A stretch of 64,000 nt of DNA from Glaucostegus cemiculus (lineage: Eukaryota): positions 3,410,001 to 3,474,000 of the forward strand of contig CDPCPM010000103.1 of the NCBI GenBank assembly GCA_976551045.1, in the 5' to 3' direction. Under the pieces are notes generated by a model. The model saw only the letters and a program-made list of their open reading frames with translations. It had not been told where the DNA came from and searched no databases. Made by a program: the position numbers and the translations under genes. Shown in pieces: positions 12,400 to 24,880 of the stretch (positions are counted from its first letter, which is position 1; each line of letters begins with the position of its first letter).

Positions 12400-13330
12400 G
12401 TAAGCAGTCTGGTCCTTCAAGCTGATGCCAGCTCCTTACAGGCAGTTCCATCAGTCCCAGTCCCCCACTTTTACCTGTAACCTACAAATAATTATCTCCT
12501 CAAATGCCTTTTGAAAGTCTTTAATGGCTTTTTCTCTACCACCCTTACAGATAGTAAATTCCAAATTATAATCACTCTCTGAACAAAGAAAGCTTTTCCT
12601 TAAATCTCCTCTTCCTTCATGGAGTTTCCTCCATCAGTCTGAACCTGTGGTCTCTGGTCGTCAAACCATCCACTGATGGGAACAGCTTCCCTCTACTTAT
12701 TCTGTCAAAACACGCCCTTGTATATCACTTATAAAATCTCCTCTCAAAGTTCTTAACTCCAAAGAGAACAACCATTGCTTCACCAGTCCAACCTAGTGTC
12801 CAAAATCTCTCATCTCTGGAGATTTCCTAGTAAATCTTGTAGGACTTGCATTTGCTTTGTAAAATATAGTGATATGAATTGGATGCAATACTCCAAGTGA
12901 GATATGATCCATATTAAAAAAAGTTAAAGTGCAATATCATTGTGCTTTGTACTCTTTGCCTCTATTTGTGAATCACAGGCTCACAAATGCTTTACTAACC
13001 GCTCTCTCAACATGTCGTGGCACTACCAAAGATTTATGCACACATCCAGCTAATCCCCTAGCCCCTGTGTACCCTGTAGAAATGTGCATATCACCTTTAT
13101 TGTCTTTTTTGTTCTGTCAAAATGCATCACTTCACAATTTTCTGCATTAAATTTCATCTGTCACATTTGCCAAAATATCAAAGTTGCCAACAAGTCATCC
13201 ATCACAGAAACACAACCTTCAGCCCATCATGAACATGCCAGTCATAGTTATCTACATGGCTGCACCATTCATATAAAATGATTAATGTACATGATAAACA
13301 GTAAAGGTCCCAGTACCAAGCCCTCAAAAC
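12400..13330 (-). mobile_element. Old CR1 LINE 3' portion
   Basis: Degraded reverse-strand CR1 RT and 3' UTR motifs (gatgcaatactccaagtg, taaatttcatctg, ggtcccagtaccaagccct). Confidence 0.75.
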
Positions 13331-13396
13331 TGCCCCTGGAGCTGTGAGGTGGTAGCACAGGCTGCAACACAACCAAGCTGCCCTCCTCTGGTTAAT

Positions 13397-13773
13397 TACA
13401 GGTCCTCCCCTGGTTACAAATGCCCGACTTATGGACAGCCCGTACATATGAATGAGCATTTGAGAGACTGGCTGGATGGACAGGAATGGATTTGCTCCTT
13501 CTGCTCCCACCCTCACCCTGCACTGAGCCGCAACAATTGAGGCAGGGCGAAGCCAAGCAGAGCTGGGAGCGCTGAGCAGATTCACTTACTTACTCACCGA
13601 GTCAGTGAGGCCAGCTGGCAGCCGCTCTCTCCCTGCCTGCTCACTCTCTTGTCACAGCTGTTTCTGTGATCCTCTCTCACACACTATTTTTGTTCATTTC
13701 CATCTTATGAACAGTTCAAGTTACAAACTGTTCTCAGGAACAGAACCCTGTTTTAACCTGGGAACTGCCTGCA
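13397..13773. mobile_element. Tigger/pogo-like MITE
   Basis: Starts TA|CAGGTCCTCCCCTGGTTACAA and ends TTTTAACCTGGGAACTGCCTG|CA (imperfect TIRs, TA-type target site), with decayed subterminal gacttacgaac-type repeats. Confidence 0.65.
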
Positions 13774-15184
13774 TATTCACTATCTCCTTTGTCATCCAGA
13801 GAGCTCTGATTTTGGTTTCATTACTAAACAGAACCTTATGACATGATGATCAATATTCTCCAAATCTTCTCCCATTGAGATTGCACCCATCTGGCCCTCT
13901 CAGTGCTTAAGTGACTTTTGGTCAAATAAAATGGTTTAAAGTTGAAATCCACTCCATTTGACACATGTATAGATTTTGCTAAAATCTCAAATCATATCAT
14001 CGAGTCTTGTGGTATGTGCTCATAGTTACAAGCAGCCTTAATAGTTTACCTTTATCTACTTTTCTAACATCAGCCAAGAAAGTATTGCAAAGCTATTCAA
14101 CCAGGGCGCTCAAACCAAATTTCATGTGCACTTTCCAAGATAAGTTACTGAACAGTGATTGGAAGCAGTGACTTTGGCTTTTTTTTCCCCTCCCAATTCT
14201 GAGGTATTGAAACCCATTGACAAATGCCATCCTTGCTGAGGTCCACAAACTTATCACAGATTAGGGATTAGAAAGCAGACATTTGGCCTGTGCCGAATGA
14301 TACACACAGTCAATGCTTTTAACTGTTAGATGATAAAGTAAGCTGCCAAGTTGATGTTGGATATATTTGAATGTACACATTTGATAAGCAAAATTGAAAA
14401 AATGAATATTTATTGCTTTAAATATTCTGGAGAGAATTATTCTACTATTAATTTAACTGTCAGATATACTGCTGTACAGAGTAAAACAAATTGTGCTTTA
14501 AGGCACATGCAAGATCTTACTTGTCAACTGGTCTAAAGGTCTATTATGAGGTAGCTGTGTTTACCCAGGGTGGCAGTGGGATATAATGCCAATCTTGTGT
14601 TGAGAGGAAAGAAATTGGTTGACATTCTCTTTCCGACCTATATCTACTAGAACCATGAATGAGAACAGGTTAGGGCATCTCCACGATCAATTAGCTTGAG
14701 TGGACCATCCATGAAGAATTGCCAGCAGGGGAAGTTACATGATGCCCCCTACCAACAGTGGAAACATGTCTGGCAAGTTTGTGCAAGAATCTGCACTTCA
14801 GAAAAGGAAGTAAATAAAAGAAAACAATTTTGCATAATGGTCCAGTCACTGCCACCAAAGAACAGTAGTAACTGCTGCTCACCTCTAATTTCGTACAAAA
14901 AAATCCAGTGAGAAAGTGTAAGAGGAAGAATACAATACAGACTGATATGGAGCAACAAAATGTTTTTTTTCATTTGTGAGGGAAGAAGATTGCAACTGGA
15001 AGAATTTTTGATTTTGTAGTTATGGCATGAGTGTTGTGGTTCGATTCATTTATTTCCCTACATTTTCAGATTGTCTGTGTCCATAGTAACTGAGTAAGTA
15101 TTTTACTGCAGCATTATGCAGCTTCTACATTTTCCTATTTTTCAGGGAAATGGGAACCTCATGAGTTGTAGTATCTGCACTGCA

Positions 15185-15390
15185 CAATTGGTCTATAAGC
15201 TCAGTCCTGTGTGATTACCCCAAAAGCTACATAGCATTTGATTGGTCTGAGTTTCATTCTATGTGACTGGCCTAACAGGACTACAAAGTTTGATTGGTGT
15301 AAGAGCTCTGCACTGTATTATTAGTAAAGGTGCCAAGTACTATTTGATTGGTCTAAGAGTTCTGCACTATATGACAGATTTAAGAGCCTT
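15185..15390. repeat. Degenerate minisatellite (about 27-bp unit) carrying ATTGG/CCAAT boxes
   Basis: ttgattggtctaagagttctgcact-like units, with ATTGG at 15187, 15241, 15293 and 15347. Confidence 0.7.
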
Positions 15391-16082
15391 GCTTCTCCAC
15401 ACTAACAATTGTTAAAAATAACTACCTGACTGCTGTATTCCATTAAAATATTTCCTCCAAGCAATGACTGGGGAATTATGATAATCAGGGAGAAAAAATG
15501 AAAAGCTTGTCTGGAGGCCATTTGCAGCAGAAGGTAAAAGATGTACATTCGAGTTATAAAGCATTACCATACCATTCCAGTAGTGTTCAAATTTTAATCA
15601 TCATTTTTCTTCTGCCTTTCTTTAAAATCTCTTAAATTTGCAAATACCAAATATGGAAAAGACAAAGACCACACACACCCACTTGGAATCAAAAGATTTC
15701 AGTTCACTTATAGAGCAGTGCTGCTCTTTAAATGAATTTAATGTAATGTTCTAAAGTGAAGAATACCGAGAAACAGTGAAAGTTATATAACATGTAATTT
15801 GACTTACTGTTAGTTGACAGTAACTGTTAGTTTCTGTGTTACTAATATTATTTAGGGGTCAGAAAATCATCTATGGTAATTCTATTATCAACATTAAGGT
15901 AATTGATACTGTATTTTTGTCAATGGTAATTTACAGCAGATTAATATTCCTGTCACCATTTTAGGGCTAGAATTCAGAATCTTAAGGAGCTGACTGCAGC
16001 TATATGCTCCTATCAAAGCCTGTTCCTATACTTTAGATAATTGGACAAGATTATTGAAGACATCATTAAGTTTAGTTTGGGG

Positions 16083-16101
16083 AGAGACAGTTAGAGAAGG
16101 G

Positions 16102-16138
<37 letters not shown>

Positions 16139-16165
16139 AAGAGACAGAGGGAAGAGACAGAGAAA
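16083..16165. repeat. (AG)n microsatellite and purine-rich tract
   Basis: Pure AG run at about 16105-16134 with degenerate flanks. Confidence 0.95.
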
Positions 16166-16521
16166 GCCTACAACAGAAAGGAGGAAGATGTTGAAAATTC
16201 TATTCATTCAATGTATGACAAGTCTGTATAATCAGCCATTATCATCAAGAGCGATACTGAGCTTCCCCCCCCACCAAATGTAACAAATATCATATTAAAT
16301 ATTTCCACCCAGAGCCTTTTCACATGTAGGTAACTGCACTGGTTCATAATTTTGGAGGATATTTTAGCTGAAACGAAGCTCCAGAAGGTAACATTGTGAT
16401 CAAAATGTAACAGGTAGGACGTGTGTGCTCTAACAGCAGCCATGAATCTGTATGCTGTACAAACGAGCTTTGTGTGTGATAGCATTGCGGTAGAAAACTC
16501 AGCAGTACTTATCAGATGATT

Positions 16522-16535
16522 GTTGCTATGGTTAC
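16522..16535 (-). promoter_or_regulatory. RFX X-box motif (candidate)
   Basis: Minus strand GTAACCATAGCAAC fits GTNRCC-N2-RGYAAC exactly, in repeat-free sequence about 670 nt past the 84-nt exon. Confidence 0.4.
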
Positions 16536-17205
16536 CACTGACACTGCTGTTGAAAGTTGTGCGCAGCTGTTTGAATTTATTTTCAGCCACCGGCAGCTCA
16601 TGGGGTCTTGGTTCCGTTCAGCTTATTAACTCAGGTGGAGGCACCTCCACATCTCAAGTGCATGAAACAAATTTTATATCACATAGTGGTAATCCCCACA
16701 TGTGTTATATAATGTTACTTATGTTTCAATTCCCCCATGAAAGCAATATTTATATTCTTGAAGTGGTAAGCATTTTCACTCAGTGGAAACACATCTATAT
16801 TTTCATCCAAAGATTATTTCCTAAACATACACTCGGCCTCTTATTCTGCCATCTGGGGTGCACATGGCACAATGTTCTTCCCCCAGAATACAATAATTTA
16901 TCAGTTGTTAAGAAAGAAATGCATTATTGGGAAGATTTCCTAGTATCATTTTAGAATGCATTCTGCACAATTTTCATTGATTGCCTTCAGTACAGTTGGC
17001 AATTGTTTAACTATTGTTCTCGGTTTTTCTAACAGCATGGAATTTAATGTTACCAATTAACATTTCCACAGTGCAGGAATATGGATTTTTTTTCTCATCA
17101 GTAGTATGTTGCTTCAATAAAAAGCTAAAATATTTGTTAAATAATTTCCTTCATTGGAGTAATTTAGATTAAGGTGTGAATAAATAAATGCAAACTCATA
17201 TTTAC

Positions 17206-17289
17206 CTGTGGTAAATCAGCAACAGCAATATAACTGGTTCCTGGGAATCCAGTGCCATCCTCCTCTTCATTTTCTATCAGTTCTGGAGA
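17206..17289 (-). CDS. KIAA0586: KIAA0586/TALPID3 internal coding exon (84 nt, phase 0-0)
   Basis: Acceptor ttcttttcccctatttctag, donor CAG|gtaaat. Translates SPELIENEEEDGTGFPGTSYIAVADLPQ, similar to recalled human [27 protein letters not shown]. Confidence 0.9.
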
Positions 17290-17849
17290 CTAGAAATAGG
17301 GGAAAAGAATTAATTAGAGCAGATATTCTTTCCAGTGATGAGCAAACAACGAAGCTTATTTCTGTCCACTTCTTTCCAATATTTACAAACTACATTGTTC
17401 CTTTAATGGTTCATTAATACACCACATTCTCATTATCCACAAGAGACAGGTATAGACTTTGCGTGGATAACAAAATATGGGGATATGTCTAAGACTGCTG
17501 CCATGACACTGCTGTATTGAAATACGGGAGTCAACACCATCCATAGATTTGACTACTTCCATGCAAGTTCCAGCTTGTCAAAACAAATACAATTTGCTTT
17601 TGATCTACTGCAATCTTACAGGGAGGAGATTGATTAGCTTCTTACTTTTATCACCATCCACGGCAGCAAATAGCACAACCACCAACGATCCCAAATTCTA
17701 GCGGTAAATCTACCATTATTCCTGACTCCCAGGTTTGCAGACCCCAACCCTGGCCACACACCCAGCCCAATGGCTTGCATATGTGTACAAGGCAATACCA
17801 TATCTGTTGAGTCCTTAAATTCAATGACTGACAAAGTTTTAGAACATCA

Positions 17850-18510
17850 TCTTTCACCTGCTGATTTGGTGACTGCTTCACAGAACACCTCTGTTCAGTC
17901 CATAAAGGCAGCCCTGATCTTCCATTCCCTGAAACTTCAATTCCAAGTCCACTATGACCTCTGATTTTGGCCTCGTACAATGCTCCAACAATGTCCAACA
18001 AAAGCTTAGGGAACAGCATCTCACCTTCTAACCGGGTATGTTGAAGTCCTTAGGCCTTAATACTGATCGGGAAACATCACAGCTTGGTATGGCAACTGCT
18101 CTGCCCAAGACCATAAGAAATTGTAGAGAGTTGTAGACACAGTGCAGCACATCATGAAAACCAGCCTCCCCTCCATGGACTCTGTCAACACCTCTTGTGG
18201 CCTCAGGAAAGCAGCCAACATAATCAAAGACCCCTCCCACCCCAGTCATTCTCTCTTCTCCCTCCTTCCATCAGGCAGAAGCTACAAAAGCTTGTAAACA
18301 TGCACCACTGGGCTCAAGAACAGCTTCTATCTCACTGTAATAAGACTCTTGAATAGACCTCTTGTAAGATAAAGATGAACTCTTGATCACACAATCTATC
18401 TCCTTATGGCCCTTGCATCTTATTGTCTACTTTATACTGATACAGCATAACCTCCTGAGATCCTCCACTGTTTTTGGTTTCGGATTTGCAGCATCTGCAT
18501 TTTTGCTCCA
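17850..18510 (+). mobile_element. Penelope 3' remnant interrupted by a Rex1/Babar LINE 3' fragment (about 18066-18430)
   Basis: Rex-like atcacagcttggtatggcaactgc...cagcacatcat...aaagacccctcccacccc, flanked by Penelope-type ggaacagcatctcaccttct and gatttgcagcatctgca. Confidence 0.7.
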
Positions 18511-18649
18511 ATTAGAAACAAGAATTCATTGTTTTCTAACTAGCAAAATGTTTTTGGAAGGCACAATGTAAATGCAATGTATGCTAAATATTTATTAACA
18601 AAAATTTACAGAGCAGTAGAACAAAGGTATTTCCATTTAGTGACCTCAG

Positions 18650-19005
18650 CTCAGAATCAGACTTATTATCACTGACTTATATTATGTGAATTTTCTTTGT
18701 TTTGCAGCAGCAGTACAGTCCAAATACATAAAATTACTATAAATTACAAAAATAAGTAGATAATGCAAAAAAAAAGGAATAACAAGGTAGTGTTCATGGG
18801 TTCATAGACCATTCAGAAATCTGATGGCAGGGGGGAAGAAGCTGTTCCTAAACTGTTGAGTGTGAGTCTTCAGGCTCCTATACCTCCTCTCCGACAGTAG
18901 TAACAAGAAGAGGGCATGGCCCAGATGGTGAAGGTCCTTAGTGATGGATGCCACCTTCTTGAGGCACCACGTCTTGAAGATGTCCTTGATGGCAGGGAGG
19001 GTTGT
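18650..19005 (-). mobile_element. Rex1/Babar-type LINE 3' fragment
   Basis: Tail tcagaatcag.cttattatcactgac; body gaagaagctgttcct...gatggtgaaggtccttagtgatggatgc. Confidence 0.75.
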
Positions 19006-19559
19006 GTCGTGGGGAATAATTAAATATATTTAAATTACCTCAATTAATTCGAAAAGGTAAATTACTTGAAATTTATCTAATCCTTTGAAACTATTTTGCT
19101 CCATTGAAATGAATGAAATCACTGAACCTGCACCAAGACGAACCTAGAATGGGTTCTGAGGCCAGATGTCTTAGTGCAATTGCCGGTAAACTGCAGGATG
19201 CTGGAACTTCTATGGTTGGAGTCCAACATCAGAACACAATCAGAATGGCAATGGTGAAGACCTCCCAGGAAATTCAAGGCTTCCACTTCTGTGTCTCAAA
19301 GTGTTATAGATTAGCAAACTGATCCTCCTCGTAAAAAAATGTTGTGCACCAATGATATAAGAAAATTGAGGGAAACGCTCCAAAATGTGGCACCGCCTAT
19401 ATTTCTGCTATTTCACTCAGGAGGTAGAGATGTAAGATTGTGTGTGGGCTGCTCATACAAATATCTGGTTCTCTGGTTTCCTAGCATTGCTTCTGTTGGA
19501 TGCCACAGCTCCAAATATAAGCTACTGTATTTCAGTAAAGCAATACTGATTGAGTGACG

Positions 19560-20535
19560 TTGAAAATATAGTGTAGTAATAAACAAGTCTTTCTCAGGTT
19601 GGTAGGCTGTGACTGATGGAGTACCACTGTCCCCAGATATTCACAACCTATATCAATGATCTGCACTTAGGGAAATAAATGTAATATTTTCAAATTTGCT
19701 GATGACATGAAACTAAATGGGAATGTGAGGAGTGATAAGGATTCAGAGAGGCTTCAAACAATTTAAGTGAGCAGGGTATTGCAGATGGAACATAATGTGA
19801 AAAAGTATGGGGTTAACCACTTCAGTAAAACAGAAAAATGCTGAGTCTTTTTCAAATGGTGACAGATTGGAAAGTGTTAATATTCAAAAGGACCTGTTTG
19901 TCCCTGTACACAAGTCACTGAAACCTGCAGGTGCAGCAGGCAGTTAGAAAGCTAAGTGGTGTGTTGGCTTTTACTACAGGAGTGCAAGAATAGAGATGCC
20001 TTTCTTCAATATTTCAGGGCCTTGACAAGACCACACCTGGAGAATTGTGCATGATTTCGGTCTCCTTATCCAAAAATAGAACTTACTTGCCAAAAAGGAA
20101 GTATGGCAAAGATTCACCAGACTGGTTCTTGGGATGGCAGGTCAATCATATGTGCAAAGATTTCATAGGCTAGGCTTTTATTCTTGAGAGTTTAGTAGTG
20201 GGGGAGGTGACTTCAATGAACATTCAGAGAGTTTGGCAGAGAAGATATTTTCCCTGGCTAAAGATCTAGAACTAGGGATCACAGTTTCAAAATAAGAATA
20301 GGTCAGAATAGAATTGTAATTGGGAGAAATTTCATGACTCAACAGGTGTTGAGTCTTTGGAACTCACCAACCCAAAGGGCTATGGAAGCTCAGTCATTCA
20401 TTGCATTCAAATCAGAGATCAATAGATTTCTGGATATTAAATGAAAGAAGGACTATGGAGATAAGAAAAGATCAACTGTCATCTTGTTAAATGCAACAGC
20501 AAGCTCGATAGGCTGAGTGGTTTATTCCTGCTTTT
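19560..20535 (+). mobile_element. Old CR1 LINE RT and 3' UTR
   Basis: tcaaatttgctgatgacatgaaact (KFADD), agaccacacctggagaattgtg (RPHLE.C) and a CR1 3' UTR, with frameshifts. Confidence 0.85.
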
Positions 20536-20969
20536 ATTTGTTAACTTCAAAGGCTATTGTTTATTTCCTCTCTTCTACCCTTCCTTTAACACGATCCTGA
20601 GGATGTCTGAATATCTCAGCAGAAGTCCTCCCACTGGCAAGTTCCCAAACACAGGAAGGAATACTTCAGGCAGCTTGCCAAAAATATTTAAATTATGCCA
20701 ACCAGAGACATTTCATCAGGGTCAGCACCAGCTACCACAGGGCCACATTTCCACTGGCAATATACTGGGAAGGAATATCTAATCCAACAGTGCTGGGTGA
20801 AGTGTAAGTAGCAATGCAGGAACATTCAAATTTTGGTGTTAAGCTTTCAATGAAGGTCATGGGAAGGTTTTGCAGTATTGAACCGAGGTAGAAAATAGAT
20901 TTTTTAAATTTCTGTAGAATTTAATTTAAATTTCTCTAAAATACTTGAAATGAGGGAATTAAAATTCAC

Positions 20970-21100
20970 AAGAAAAAATGCCAAAACACTCAACAGAATT
21001 CTGATGAATAGTTGATCTGAAATGTTAATTCAGTTTCTCTTTTCACAAACGCTACTTAACCTGCTGAGTTTTTATTTCAGATTTCCAACATATACAGTTG
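20970..21100 (+). mobile_element. Penelope terminal-repeat remnant with hammerhead-like core
   Basis: gaatt-CTGATGA-atagttgatct-GAAA-tgtt-aattc followed by acctgctgagt...cagatttccaaca. Confidence 0.6.
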
Positions 21101-22389
21101 TTTTATTGAATTAAAATGCACTGTAATTTCACGATACACTGATGAAATCAGCTATATGTTAGAATGAGAAGATATATCTACAATGGCTGTCATCAGATAG
21201 GATTTCAGTTACCAAGGTTTAGGAAAACTTGGAATAAACTCAGTATTCACTTAAGAATTTCAACAACAGAAGACTGGAAACATGAATTTCCAGTTGAAAA
21301 TACTTTGCTTACTCGAGTGTCCAACAGGATAATGATGTGAGGGCATTCACCTGTTGTAATCATTTTATTTGGTTGGGTGGTCAATGAGGAGAAAAGTTAA
21401 GTTGAAGAATGATTTGTGAATCAGTAATACTCAAGTGGGACCAGTTAAGAAATCCTCAGACCAAAATAAAAGATGCTGCTCAATAACTAAAAAGAATTAA
21501 GTGAAAATTCCAGCAAATCATTAAGATATCTTTCATGAGATTGTTGTTTGAAATGCTGTTGATATTCCACTGAGAGCTCCATTGATCTTTACTTTCACAC
21601 AATTCTGGCCAGCTCTCAAATGGTGACAATTATCAACGTCTTCCATGCTGCAGTAGTTCAGGTATGACAAGTTTATAGAGATATCGAAGATGAAGCAGAC
21701 GAAAGAGGCTTTACTGCTAAAACTGGGGGATTAATATTTGTTGGTGTCAGAAGCCAGTCAACAAGCTTTGACTTCAGCACTCTAGTGTGATAACTATTTA
21801 TGTGAAAAGTGACCATTCACTAGATCTTTGCTCCTGCATCCCATGTGGATCTTACAAATTTGTTCAGGCTTGTTCACATGTTCAACTTTTCCCTAATCTT
21901 CAATAAACATTTCTTGAAATCAAATGAATGATTCAGCCATACTTGTAAGTAGTGCATCTAACTACAGAAATTGATGCCCAACTTGCATGTGGCAGCTTTG
22001 CTGTCCAAGCAAGCTACATAAATGAGGAAGTGTTCAAATCTAATCACAATCTCGTGTTGCCTGAATTGGCTAATGTGTTGCTTCATGGTTGCATAGAAAC
22101 CACAATTGTTCTCAATGGTCAGAAATTTTGGCACAGCTTGTTATCCAGCAATAACATCTCTTTAAATATTGAGCCATCTAAGTAATTCACAATGTTGTTA
22201 AAAAACTGCTGAAATTTATCATCAAGACCTGCACAGTCACAAGGTCTACTGGAGTTCCACAGAGAAGCAAATAACTCCAAGAAAGGAGGGGTGGGACAAC
22301 ATTGAAAAGGAAAAGAAATACATATTTTTATAGATGAGTTGCCAATTGGAAATTCTTTTCTTACTAAAGTGCTTAACAATAACAAGTGC

Positions 22390-22490
22390 TTCTGAAAGAT
22401 GTAGGGGTAGGTTAATTTGGAGGTTTGAAATGGGCGGCGCAGACTCATTGGGCCGAAAGGGCCTGTTACCACGCTGTAAGTAAAAAAATA
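22390..22490 (+). mobile_element. 5'-truncated V-SINE (HE1-like) tail
   Basis: gggtaggttaatttgg...aaatgggcggcgcagactcattgggccgaaagggcctgttaccacgctgta, matching the tails at about 5390 and 44705. Confidence 0.85.
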
Positions 22491-23039
22491 TATAATGATG
22501 TGAGTGCATTCACCTGTTTTAATCACTTTATTTGATTGAGTGGGATATCAGGAGAAAAATTAGGTAGAAAAATAATTTGTGAATCGGGAATGCTTGGAAA
22601 ACGAGGAGATTGGAAATAACTCTGATGTAATTTTAGTAGTATCACATGGTAATAGTTTGTAAAAAGGGCACTTGCCTAAAATAGTCTATGATATTAAAAA
22701 AAACAAATGTATATCTTAAAAGGTTATTTTATGTTCACAATATTGTGTATAACTTTAAGTAATATTTTTCCCCAGGAATCTACATTCAATGAATATTAGA
22801 AAATAAATATGATTTCAACTTTGCAAGTTTTAAAATCTTACAAAGATAATATGATATAACTAAGGTAATAAATCTATTTAAATTGTAATTATAATAATGC
22901 TGACAGATAAATAAATTGTACAGCAACCCACAGACAGCATTATAAAGCATAAACAATTTAAATTAAATTTGATCAATCTGATTAGAAAATTCATAGAAAT
23001 GTGCAACAATTAAATCTTGTAATTGAAATACTGAAATGA

Positions 23040-24465
23040 ATGGAGTGGACAGTGTTAGAGTGGGGAACTGAGGCTTTGGCTGAAGAGACTTCGGTGTGAA
23101 GAGGTGGAGCAGGTGAGCAGAGGCTTCTGGTAGATTCTCTTTCTTTTGATGTTATTTGTAGTTTTCTTTGTATTGAACAGTGGGAATGGCATCAGGGCAG
23201 AAGTATGCTCCTCCTGTAGGATGTGGGAAATCAGGGAGATCTCCAGTGACCCTGATGGCTACACCTGCAGGAAGTACATCCAGTTACAGCTCCTTACAGA
23301 CTGCGGTAGGGAGCTGGAGCAGCAGTTGGATGAGCTTCGGATCATTTGGGAAGCTGAGGAGAAGATAGATAGGAGTTACCAGGAGGCAATTACATCTAGG
23401 GTCCAGGATGTGGTAGTTGGGTGACCATTAGGGGAAGGAAAAGGAATAGGCAGTCAGTACAGGACACCCTGGTGACTGTTTCATGAAATTACAATGTTGT
23501 GGCCATTACAGACACTTGGCTGTTGCAAGGGCACGAATGGCTGCTTGAGGTTCCGGGGTTTAGATGTTTCAAAAAGGATAGAGAAGGGGGTGGGGGGTGG
23601 TATTGCTTATCAGAGATAATATTACAGCTGTAGGAAGGGAGGAAATCATAGAAGGATCATCTATTGAGTCAGTGTGGGTGGATGTCAGAAACAGGAAGGG
23701 AGCGATCACTCTATTGTGAGTAGCCTATAGGCCCCCAGATAGCCAACAGGACACTGAAGAGCAGATAAGTAGGCAGATTTTGGAAAGGTGCAAAAATAAC
23801 AGGGTTGTTGTCATGGGTGACTTCAACTTCCCTAATATTGATTGGCACCTCCTTAGTGCAAAAGGTTTAGATGGGGCAGAATTTGTTAGCTGTGTACAGC
23901 AAGGATTCCTGACACAGTATGTAGACAGGCCGACAAGAGGAAAGGCCATGCTGGATCTGGTATTAGGCAATGAACCTGGTCAGGTGAAAGACCTCTCGGT
24001 GGGTGAGCATTTCGGGGATAGCGATAACAATTCCTGACCTTTAGCATAGTCATGGACAAAGACAGGAGCAGACATTATGGGAAAATATTTAACTGGGGGA
24101 AGAGTAAATTGCAATGGTATTAGGCAAGAACTTGGGAGCATAAACTGGGAACAGACGTTCTCTGGTAAATGTACTGCAGAAATGTGAAGGCTGTTTAGGG
24201 ACCACTTACATGGGGTTCTAGATAGGTTTGTCCCACTGAGACAAGGAAAGGATGGTAGGGTGAAGGTACTATGGTTAACAAGAGAGGTGGAAGGTTTAGT
24301 CAAGAGGAAGAAGGAAGCATATTTAAGGTTTAGGAAGCAAAAATCAGATTGGGTAGCCAAGAAGAAGCTTAAGAAGGGACTTAGGAGAGCTAGAAGGCGA
24401 CATGAGAAGGTCTTGGCAAGTAAGGTTAAGGAAACCCCCAAGGCATTCTACACATATATGAGGAA
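23040..24465 (+). mobile_element. CR1 LINE 5' half: ORF1 zinc-finger/leucine-zipper plus APE endonuclease
   Basis: ORF1 CSSCRMWE...YTCRK.IQLQLL..RELEQQLDELR; APE VVVMGDFNFPNIDW...LDLVLGNE...HFGDSD; linker PKAFYTYMR. Confidence 0.92.
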
Positions 24466-24880
24466 CCAACCAGCCTCCCCTCTGGCTATACCTCTCGCTG
24501 CCTTGGTGAAGCAGCCAGCATAATCAAAGACCCCGGGTCATTCTCTCTTCTCCCATCCTAAGGGCACATATCACCAGGCTCAAGGACAGCTTCTATCCCA
24601 CTGTGATAAGACTATTGAATGGTTCCCTTATACGATGAGATGGGGTCTTGACCTCACGATCTACCTCATTATGACCTTGCACCTTATTGTCTACCTGCAA
24701 TGCACTTTCCTGTAGCTGTGACACTTCAATCTGTACTCTGTATACCTCAATGCACTCTGTACTAACTCAATGTATCTGTACTGTGTAATGAACTGATATG
24801 TACAAACGGTATACAAGACAAGTTTTTCACTGTACCTTGGTACAAGTGACAATAATAAACCAGTACCAATATCAATAAAT
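24466..24880 (+). mobile_element. Rex1/Babar-type LINE 3' end abutting the CR1
   Basis: aaccagcctcccc...gcagccagcataatcaaagacccc...aggctcaaggacagcttctatc, same family as about 18160-18430. Ends gtgacaataataaaccagtacca. Confidence 0.8.

Noticed and set aside
15185-15390. CRISPR-like repeat-spacer array
   Set aside because: Vertebrate context, degenerate repeats, spacers related to the repeat unit, and no cas genes.
21250-22380. Possible decayed transposase or nested pseudogene (AQLACGSFAVQ; DIEDEADERGFTAKTGG)
   Set aside because: Looks vaguely coding but has no continuous frame or diagnostic motif. A BLASTX/HMM search would be needed.
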